DNA of 6,312 bases, taken from contig CAYZSS010000014.1 of the NCBI GenBank assembly GCA_964480435.1, positions 17,950 to 24,261 on the forward strand, written 5' to 3'. The position numbers and the translations under genes are program-made. Under the pieces are notes generated by a model, which was not told where the DNA came from, made no database searches, and saw only the letters and a list, made by a program, of their open reading frames with translations. The stretch is from an uncultured archaeon (GTDB lineage: Archaea > Iainarchaeota > Iainarchaeia > Iainarchaeales > 0-14-0-20-30-16). Positions 1 through 5,835 of the stretch are shown in pieces. Position 1 is the first letter of the stretch. Each line of letters begins with the position of its first letter.

Positions 1-12
1 CATAGTAAATCT

Positions 13-981
13 CTATTTCTTTTTCTTTTTAACCTTTTCCACAGATTTAGCAAATGTAGGTCCATATTTTGCCAAGAACTCTTGCATTTTTTGCTGTTCA
101 TCCTTAGACCCTGTTGCTTGCCCAGCTATCATCCCAGCCAATTTAGTAAACTCCATAGGGAATATCCATTTAGTTGATGCCCCTTTAGACATTTCCTCTA
201 GCCCTTTAATATAGTAATATACAACAGACTTATCTGATAATCCACTTGCTGCCTCATTTATTGCATTTATTTTGTCTCTTTCCGCTTCTGCTAAAGATAT
301 TATTGCACTTTTTTTCTGTAATGCTGCCTCTTTTGCATGCATAGCATCTAATACTTCTTCAGGAATAACTACTTCCTTTATTTCAACATTATCTACTGAA
401 AGGCCCCAATGTTTTACTACATCTCCCAGTTCTATTTTTAGTTTTTTATTAAGTACCCCTATGTTACTTATTACTTCTGACAAAGGCATGCTACCTATTA
501 CATCTCTTACCTGAGCCTCAACAAATAATTTTGCTGCTTTTGTATAGTCATCAATCTTTATTACTGAATTAACTACATCCTCAGGTTTATCATTTACTTT
601 CAAGTAAATTAATGCATCTATTCGAATTTGAATATTATCTTTTGTTATTACATTTTGTTTTGGAACATCAAGAGTTTGTACTCTTAAATCAATAATCACT
701 ACTTTTTCTACATATGGGATTATTAATATCCAGCCTGGGCCACCCACTCTTGCTAATTTTCCAAATCTAAATACTACCCCTCTTTTATATTCATCTAACA
801 AAATAAGCGCACCAGATTTTACAATTATTATTATTAAAATAATCAAAACAGCAAGTATTAATATTGCTAACTTAAACCAGTACCCTAATTCAAAAAATAT
901 ATCATAAACAAAATAAAACAATAATGCGACTAATAAAATTAAAAATCCAAAAAACAGAGTTTTCTTTCCTATATCATCCAT
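13..981 (-). CDS. SPFH/Band 7 domain membrane protein (stomatin/prohibitin family, slipin-like)
   Basis: ORF 13..990(-). Two N-terminal hydrophobic helices (TLFFGFLILLVALLFYFVY; LAILILAVLIILIIIIV) precede a typical SPFH core (EYKRGVVFRFGKL...GPGWILIIPYVEKVVIIDLRVQTLDVPKQNVITKDNIQIRIDALIYLKV). An Ala/Glu/Lys-rich coiled-coil segment (HAKEAALQKKSAIISLAEAERDK) and a poly-Lys tail follow. The ORF-track first codon at 988-990 is GTG. I prefer the ATG at 979-981 because that GTG sits inside a GTGAT Shine-Dalgarno-like motif 4 nt upstream of the ATG. Confidence 0.88.
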   Translation of the reverse strand: MDDIGKKTLFFGFLILLVALLFYFVYDIFFELGYWFKLAILILAVLIILIIIIVKSGALILLDEYKRGVVFRFGKLARVGGPGWILIIPYVEKVVIIDLRVQTLDVPKQNVITKDNIQIRIDALIYLKVNDKPEDVVNSVIKIDDYTKAAKLFVEAQVRDVIGSMPLSEVISNIGVLNKKLKIELGDVVKHWGLSVDNVEIKEVVIPEEVLDAMHAKEAALQKKSAIISLAEAERDKINAINEAASGLSDKSVVYYYIKGLEEMSKGASTKWIFPMEFTKLAGMIAGQATGSKDEQQKMQEFLAKYGPTFAKSVEKVKKKKK

Positions 982-1010
982 AAAAATCACTTCTTTTTTT
1001 GGTCTGTTGG

Positions 1011-1032
1011 GATTTCCCTTTTTTTGGAAATC
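1011..1032 (-). other. 7-bp perfect inverted repeat (potential RNA hairpin) in the lonB-SPFH spacer
   Basis: GATTTCC (1011-1017) and GGAAATC (1026-1032) are separated by an 8-nt homopolymer-rich loop. On the minus-strand transcript this reads GAUUUCC-AAAAAAAG-GGAAAUC. It lies 43 nt after the lonB stop and 30 nt before the SPFH ATG. Confidence 0.3.
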
Positions 1033-1074
1033 AGCAACTTACCATAAAATATCACATCTTTATTTTTGTTTTTA

Positions 1075-2949
1075 CTATTCTAATTCTTTTTTCAATTTTT
1101 TCAAAAATGCTTCCATTTGTTTTCCATCTTCAAACACACAACTTAAAACATCATATAAATTATTTGCAGGGATTATTTTTATTTTGTTTCTATCTTCATC
1201 AGTTAAGACGATATCCCCAACATTTTGTTTAGGAACCATTACTTCCCTAAAGCCAGCATCTATAGCAGCTTTTACTTTTGCAGTTACACCACCAACAGGC
1301 ATAACCTTTCCTTTAACACTTAAAGAACCAGTCATAGCAATACCTTGTCTTACCGGTATTCCCTCTATTGCAGAGATTACTGCAGTAGTTATTGCTATAG
1401 ATGCCGAATCCCCTTCAACCCCTGAATATGTCTGCAAAAATTGGACATGTATATCGTGACTAGATAGGTCTCTATTAGATACTTTCTTTATTATTGATGA
1501 CACATTTAGTACAGCTTCTTTTGCTATTTCTCCAAGCTTTCCAGTTGCATAAATTTTTCCTTCACTTTTTGATTGTGATGGGGCAACATCAGCCTCAATA
1601 GAAATTATTGTTCCGGTTTCATTATCCGAAAGCACAGCAAGGCCGTTTACCCTTCCAACTTCTTTTCCTTTTGTACTAAACACGCTGTAATCTTTAACTT
1701 TTGTAATATATTTTCCAATCATTTGCTCTTCCAAAGTTTGTGCAGATTTCTTTGCTTCCAAAACATCTTCCAAGTCAACTATTTTTTTGTTTTTTTCTGT
1801 AGCTATATCCCCGGCAGCCCTAATTAACCCACCAAGTTCTCTAAATTTTAAACTTAATTTGTTTTTTGAGTTTGCTCTTCTTCTGGCTTCAAAAATAATA
1901 AAATCTACTGCATCTTTTGAGAAGTGTGGTATCTTACAATCATTTTTTACTTCCTGCGCAACAAATCTTGCAATACTATTTCTATTATCAGAATTATCTT
2001 CCATATCAATATTCATATAAACTTCGTAACCGTACCCTCTTATTCTGGATCTAATAGCAGGATGTAAGTTTTGCAAGGATTCATAATTCCCTGCTGCCAC
2101 TAATACAAAATCACAAGGAACTGGCTCTGTTCTTACCATTGCACCACTAGATAATTCACTTTGTCCAGTTATTGATGCCTTTTTCTCCTGCATCGCTGTA
2201 AGCAAATCTTGTTGTGATTTTGGTGAAAGTGTTGCAATTTCATCTAAAAATAAAACACCCTTATTTGCCCTATGTATCATCCCAGGAATTACTCTTAAGT
2301 GAGGTGGAGTCCCTAACCCCCCAGATTGCAAAGGATCGTGTTTAACATCTCCAAATAATGCACCGGCTTTTGATCCAGTACCATCAATAAAAGGAGCTTT
2401 ATTTTTCTTAAAATTATCAATTAATAATTTAGGGGTATTTACTCTCCCATTTACTTTTAATTGCCCAGATAAAGCAGAGGCAATCACTAAAAAAGAACCA
2501 ACAATCAAAGTTGCTGCAAAAATAACATCACTTATCCATTTCAACTGCCATGCTACTACAGATAAAATAAACCAGCCCAACGGAAGTATTAAAGATACAA
2601 ACCTCATAGAATCTTTTTGGGCTTTTTCTTCAAGATTCATTTTTTCTACAATCTTCTTTCCTTCTCCACCATCAACAACTTTAACAACAGGAGTATGGGA
2701 ATCAATTCTGTTAGGATAAATTAAAATATCTTGTAATTTATCTATAGGCATTACATCTGCCATTCCTTTGGCCAGCATGGATTTTCCTGTTCCTGGCTCT
2801 CCAATAAGCAGTACATTTCTTCTCTGCTTTGCTGCTTTCTTTACTAACTCCACAGCCCTTTCCTGGCCAATAACTTGGTCTATAAGTTTATCAGGGACTT
2901 TTATTTCCGCAGTAGTTTTGTATTTTAAATCTTTTTCAGCAACAGGCAT
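1075..2949 (-). CDS. lonB: Archaeal-type membrane-bound ATP-dependent Lon protease (LonB)
   Basis: ORF 1075..2991(-). Walker A GEPGTGKS is at nt 2779-2802. A two-helix hydrophobic insertion ([20 protein letters not shown]...[19 protein letters not shown]) lies between Walker A and Walker B ([10 protein letters not shown]), which is the LonB hallmark. The C-terminal protease domain has EGDSAS (catalytic Ser codon at nt 1405-1407) and a Lys exactly 43 residues later in [10 protein letters not shown], matching the Ser-Lys spacing of characterised LonB enzymes. The ORF-track start at 2989-2991 is TTG and adds an implausible [14 protein letters not shown] leader. The ATG at 2947-2949 ([19 protein letters not shown]...) is preceded by GTGAT 4 nt upstream, so I use it. 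Confidence 0.93.
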   Translation of the reverse strand: MPVAEKDLKYKTTAEIKVPDKLIDQVIGQERAVELVKKAAKQRRNVLLIGEPGTGKSMLAKGMADVMPIDKLQDILIYPNRIDSHTPVVKVVDGGEGKKIVEKMNLEEKAQKDSMRFVSLILPLGWFILSVVAWQLKWISDVIFAATLIVGSFLVIASALSGQLKVNGRVNTPKLLIDNFKKNKAPFIDGTGSKAGALFGDVKHDPLQSGGLGTPPHLRVIPGMIHRANKGVLFLDEIATLSPKSQQDLLTAMQEKKASITGQSELSSGAMVRTEPVPCDFVLVAAGNYESLQNLHPAIRSRIRGYGYEVYMNIDMEDNSDNRNSIARFVAQEVKNDCKIPHFSKDAVDFIIFEARRRANSKNKLSLKFRELGGLIRAAGDIATEKNKKIVDLEDVLEAKKSAQTLEEQMIGKYITKVKDYSVFSTKGKEVGRVNGLAVLSDNETGTIISIEADVAPSQSKSEGKIYATGKLGEIAKEAVLNVSSIIKKVSNRDLSSHDIHVQFLQTYSGVEGDSASIAITTAVISAIEGIPVRQGIAMTGSLSVKGKVMPVGGVTAKVKAAIDAGFREVMVPKQNVGDIVLTDEDRNKIKIIPANNLYDVLSCVFEDGKQMEAFLKKLKKELE

Positions 2950-3026
2950 AGAGATCACAACTAAGTTATATATATAAAAAATAGAACACAAACCTTATAT
3001 ATAAATATATTTGTATTTGTGTCTTT
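2950..3026 (-). promoter_or_regulatory. lonB upstream region with SD (GTGAT) and TATA-like boxes
   Basis: The minus strand reads ...AAATATATTTATATATAAGG...TTTTTTATATATATAACTTAGTTGTGATCTCT-ATG. GTGAT (2954-2958) sits 4 nt before the ATG. Two TATA-like candidates lie at about 2966-2981 and about 2995-3012. The T6 run (2976-2981) could instead terminate the upstream hydrogenase transcript, and sequence alone cannot decide between these. Confidence 0.35.
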
Positions 3027-4100
3027 TTAAAGATGTAAAGTAATTTTCTTTTTATCAAAGTAAGCCCGTATCTCTTTTACAGTATTATTTTCCAGAGCAG
3101 TTTTTTTGTGTTTTAAATTTGCGTGCTTTCTCAAGCTTTTTGCCCTTCTCCGCAATTTAAAAATCCCTGCTTCTGGTTGCCCTGGTCCACCCATACAACC
3201 CAAAGGGCATTGCATAACTTCTATGAAATGATATATTTTTCCTCTATCCATTTCTTTTTGCAATTTCATTAAAGCCCCAAAGCCATATACTGCAGCCACA
3301 TTTAACACATAGGGTCCAATTCTCACTTTTTGTTTTTTTATTCTTTTATTATTTCTGAAAGAAAGATTATTTCTTAGAGGTAGCACTTTTTTTTGCGTAC
3401 CGAGTTTTTCTGAAAGAGCCGTTAAAAAAGATTCCGTTACCCCCCCACTTACTCCAAACATAAGCCCTTCTTTTGAACTTTCATGCAAATAATCAAATTC
3501 AGAATCCCCCATATTTTTAAAATCCAAATTTTTCTTTTTTGTTAATTCCCCTAATTCAGAGGTAGTTACAACATAATCTACATATTTTATTCCTTTTTTA
3601 TATTCAATCTCCGTTTCATGTTTTTTTAGAGTGCAAGGCATAATTCCAACCACTACAATTTCTGATTCTTTTTTCTTGATTTTATTTGCAAAATAAGTTT
3701 TTGCTGCCAGACCCAAAGCCATATTTGGGCTTACTTCTTTCAGCATATGTTTTTTATAAAAATAGTTTTTCTGAGCAAACAGTTTCCAACCTATACAGCA
3801 GGAAGTAAATACAGGAAATTTTTCAATATGGTTTTGTTTTAATAGATGTAAAAACTTATCCACACCATCAGCAATTATTAAATCTGCACCCAGGGGCGTG
3901 TCAAAAACATAATCAAACCCTAATTTTTTTAATAAAGTAATTGTTTTTTTTGTGGAGTCTATTCCTGCTTTTTCTCCAAAATATTCCCCAATTGCAAACC
4001 TTACAGCAGGTGCAATTTCCGCAATAATGATTTTTCCTTTCTTTTTTTCCAATAAGATATTTTGCATAGTTTCAGTTATCCCACTTAATTCTAAATCCAT
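3027..4100 (-). CDS. hydA: [FeFe]-hydrogenase, H-cluster domain only (minimal M1-type architecture, 357 aa)
   Basis: By eye it is collinear with the H-domain of Clostridium pasteurianum CpI. IAPAVRFAIGEYFG matches CpI MAPSVRASIGELF. L1 is FTSCCIGW (nt 3786-3806), L2 is MPCTLKKHE (nt 3615-3641), and L3 is EVMQCPLGCMGGPGQP (nt 3174-3221; compare YHFIEVMACHGGCVNGGGQP in CpI). The C-terminal tail RRRAKSLRKHANLKHKKTALENNTVKEIRAYF resembles the small-subunit-like segment RASVLYNQDEHLSKRKSHENTALVKMYQNYF. There are only five Cys, all inside these motifs. The ATG is at 4098-4100 and the TAA stop at 3027-3029. Confidence 0.87.
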   Translation of the reverse strand: MDLELSGITETMQNILLEKKKGKIIIAEIAPAVRFAIGEYFGEKAGIDSTKKTITLLKKLGFDYVFDTPLGADLIIADGVDKFLHLLKQNHIEKFPVFTSCCIGWKLFAQKNYFYKKHMLKEVSPNMALGLAAKTYFANKIKKKESEIVVVGIMPCTLKKHETEIEYKKGIKYVDYVVTTSELGELTKKKNLDFKNMGDSEFDYLHESSKEGLMFGVSGGVTESFLTALSEKLGTQKKVLPLRNNLSFRNNKRIKKQKVRIGPYVLNVAAVYGFGALMKLQKEMDRGKIYHFIEVMQCPLGCMGGPGQPEAGIFKLRRRAKSLRKHANLKHKKTALENNTVKEIRAYFDKKKITLHL

Positions 4101-4148
4101 ATATTAAATAAAAAATAATCTTTTATATTAGTATCACTTATTTTTATT
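4101..4148. promoter_or_regulatory. Putative shared bidirectional archaeal promoter (single central TATA-like box) for the hydrogenase gene and the 125-aa ORF
   Basis: The 48-bp divergent spacer contains TTTTATATTA at 4121-4130. This lies about 24-26 nt from both start codons (4100 and 4149), close to the usual TATA-to-TSS distance in archaea. Neither gene has a GTGAT/GGTG-type SD, which fits leaderless mRNAs. TATA-like strings are frequent in DNA this AT-rich. Confidence 0.4.
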
Positions 4149-4526
4149 ATGGTCAATCCAAGCAAAATAATTAAACCAGATTTTTCTAAAAAAAGAACAA
4201 GACACATTGGGTCAGGAAGAAAAGGGCGAGAAACAACCAACTTAGAGAATGTCCGCAAAGTTTTACTAGAAAGCCATACATTTTTAAATCACTTGATTCA
4301 AGACCTTAACCAAAACAGGTCACCACTTGAAAACATTATAAGTTTACACAATTTTATTATGGATTTAAGAGGAGAAAACCCCTTAGTTCTGAGATTACTA
4401 AAAATTAAATTAGAGCGTGCAATAAAAACGGCCTTCCTTTATAGGCCACACCTAAGAGTTGCAAATAAAGAGATATTTTTAGATTTATTAGAATTAGAGT
4501 TAAAACTATTAAAAAAAATGGAATAG
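4149..4526 (+). CDS. Hypothetical small helical protein (125 aa) with a basic N-terminal tail; divergent from the hydrogenase gene
   Basis: It is the only long ORF in this interval in any frame. The ATG is at 4149 and the TAG stop at 4524-4526. The N-terminus is basic (KKRTRHIGSGRKGRE). The rest is Leu-rich and heptad-like (LLELELKLLKK). It contains no Cys and I recognise no family. Its credibility is raised by similarity to the 5836-6165 ORF. Confidence 0.6.
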   Translation: MVNPSKIIKPDFSKKRTRHIGSGRKGRETTNLENVRKVLLESHTFLNHLIQDLNQNRSPLENIISLHNFIMDLRGENPLVLRLLKIKLERAIKTAFLYRPHLRVANKEIFLDLLELELKLLKKME

Positions 4527-4570
4527 CACAGATAAAAAACGAACTCGCATACCAGAAATTACAGCCAAAG

Positions 4571-4598
4571 GTAAAAAAATTGTGTGCTTTTTAAAAAA
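4571..4598. terminator. Putative bidirectional oligo-T terminator zone between convergent genes
   Basis: A plus-strand T5 (4588-4592) lies downstream of the 125-aa ORF. Minus-strand T6 (4593-4598) and T7 (4573-4579) lie immediately downstream of the MFS stop codon. Archaeal RNA polymerase terminates at oligo-T tracts. Confidence 0.4.
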
Positions 4599-5774
4599 TC
4601 AAATTATTTTTTGTTTCCACAAAATAACAATGATAATTATACCCCCCACCAAAGCAGTCAAACCCATAATAGTTAGAGCGTTCAATAGAGAATAAACATC
4701 TGCAAACCAACCAAAAAAAGGAATAATTAATGCATAAATAAGCCGATATAAAAAACTATTTATAGATAATACAGTTGCTCTTTGCGATGAACTAACCTCT
4801 TTATTAATATAATCCGTAACAATTACTTTCCCAAACCCCCTAATAAACTGCTGTAAAAATGCAAAAGAAAAACTAAACCAAAAAACAAAACTCCCCATAA
4901 GCAGATAACTTAAAGCAAGCAAAACAAACAAAGACATCAACGCAAATTTTTGACCAATCTTTGCTTCGATCTTATGAGCAAACTTTGAAGCAATTGCTGC
5001 AACTATTTGGAAACTCGCAAATACAAACCCAAAAAATACAACGTTCAAACCAGACAAAATAAAATATGGCTGATACAACCAAAGAACAGATTGATTTATT
5101 CCAAATAGCACACCAGAAAAAATTAATAACCACTTTAATCTTTTATTTTTAATAAAACAAGATTTCAGAATTTGGGGTATGCTTTGCATAACGTCTTTTT
5201 CTTCAGAAAATACTTTTGGTTCTTTAAGTAAAATTGCAATGGGGATAAACAAAAAACCTGCAAAAGCAGTTAGCATTAAATCAAAACGGAAATTTAATGC
5301 CCCAACAAAACCGCCAATTATAGACGAAAATGCAATAGACAGAAAGTAAACGAAATTTGCATTTCCATAAATTTTTTTATAATTTTTTTCTTGTTTGTTT
5401 TCTTTTAAAGAGTCATATAATAAGGCATCATCAGCACCAGACAAAAATGAAACTCCCAATCCTAACAAAAGTTCAGCAATCAAAAAAGTAAAAAAATCAA
5501 ATCCAAAACAATATATTAAAGAACCTAAAAAATAAAATATTGCTGCAAAAACTATCGTCTTTTTTCTTCCAAACTTATCAGCAAAATAGCCAGAAGGAAT
5601 TTCAAAAACAAAAGTAGCGATAGAAAATAAAGATTGCAGTAACATTATTTCTGTTAAAGATAGCCCATTATCCGCCCAAAACAAACTCATTATTGGAAGA
5701 GCAAAACACAAACCATACAGAAATTTAATAAGGTAAAATTTCCATATATTGTTTTTTACTTCAAAATTAAACAT
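4599..5774 (-). CDS. Major facilitator superfamily (MFS) transporter, 12 TM, substrate unknown
   Basis: The 391-aa ORF has about 12 hydrophobic segments in a 6+6 layout, split by a charged central loop (KEPKVFSEEKDVMQSIPQILKSCFIKNKRLK). The canonical MFS motif A lies between TM2 and TM3 (GYFADKFGRKKT). The ATG is at 5772-5774 and the TGA stop at 4599-4601. Confidence 0.85.
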   Translation of the reverse strand: MFNFEVKNNIWKFYLIKFLYGLCFALPIMSLFWADNGLSLTEIMLLQSLFSIATFVFEIPSGYFADKFGRKKTIVFAAIFYFLGSLIYCFGFDFFTFLIAELLLGLGVSFLSGADDALLYDSLKENKQEKNYKKIYGNANFVYFLSIAFSSIIGGFVGALNFRFDLMLTAFAGFLFIPIAILLKEPKVFSEEKDVMQSIPQILKSCFIKNKRLKWLLIFSGVLFGINQSVLWLYQPYFILSGLNVVFFGFVFASFQIVAAIASKFAHKIEAKIGQKFALMSLFVLLALSYLLMGSFVFWFSFSFAFLQQFIRGFGKVIVTDYINKEVSSSQRATVLSINSFLYRLIYALIIPFFGWFADVYSLLNALTIMGLTALVGGIIIIVILWKQKII

Positions 5775-5835
5775 AAGTTAAATATAAGCGTATACAAATA
5801 TATTCTTGTACGATTACAAATTATAGTGATATATT
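5775..5835. promoter_or_regulatory. Putative divergent promoter region for the MFS gene and the 109-aa ORF
   Basis: The 61-bp spacer carries a near-palindromic AAATATATT box at about 5796-5804. This is about 24 nt from the MFS ATG (5774), consistent with a leaderless transcript. It is about 36 nt from the plus-strand ATG (5836), which would leave a short leader carrying GTGAT at 5826-5830. Confidence 0.35.

Noticed and set aside
1-12. CAT at 1-3 as the possible start (ATG on the minus strand) of another gene 9 nt downstream of the SPFH stop, for example an NfeD partner
   Set aside because: Only the start codon would be inside the window, so this cannot be supported.
272-514. 80-aa plus-strand ORF antisense to the SPFH gene
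   Set aside because: It lies entirely within a well-supported minus-strand CDS. It has a low-complexity Ser/Thr/Phe-rich composition typical of a shadow frame in AT-rich coding DNA, and no start context.
982-990. GTG start (MIF-) for the SPFH gene
   Set aside because: The GTG is part of the GTGAT SD-like motif, which sits 4 nt upstream of the in-frame ATG at 979-981. The difference is only 3 codons and remains uncertain.
999-1459. Plus-strand ORFs 999..1232 (77 aa) and 1007..1459 (150 aa) overlapping the lonB 3' end
   Set aside because: These are antisense shadow ORFs across the conserved Lon protease domain. Their products are Phe/Ile/Ser-rich with no recognisable motifs.
1787-2020. 77-aa plus-strand ORF inside lonB
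   Set aside because: It is the antisense frame of the AAA+/helical domain of LonB and has no independent support.
2768-2977. 69-aa plus-strand ORF over the lonB Walker A region
   Set aside because: It is the antisense frame of the most conserved part of lonB, so it is a shadow ORF.
2950-2991. N-terminal extension of LonB ([14 protein letters not shown]) from the ORF-track start
   Set aside because: The start codon is TTG. The extension overlaps the TATA-like and SD region and has no counterpart in LonB N-termini as I know them. The ATG at 2949 with a GTGAT SD is preferred.
3027-4100. Alternative reading of the hydrogenase-like ORF as a Nar1/NARF-type Fe-S assembly factor or a sensory (PAS-linked) HydS-type protein
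   Set aside because: Nar1/NARF proteins carry an N-terminal Cys cluster and have degenerate L1-L3 motifs, and sensory types carry extra C-terminal domains. This protein has no N-terminal Cys, no extra domains, and intact L1/L2/L3 motifs including the proton-relay Cys and the L2 Lys. Phylogeny is still needed.
4526-4587. Distant inverted repeat GCACA (4526-4530) / TGTGC (4583-4587) in the convergent spacer, considered as a small RNA or terminator stem
   Set aside because: It has only 5 bp with a 52-nt loop, which is expected by chance. The spacer shows no tRNA-like or other structured-RNA features. The oligo-T tracts explain termination better.
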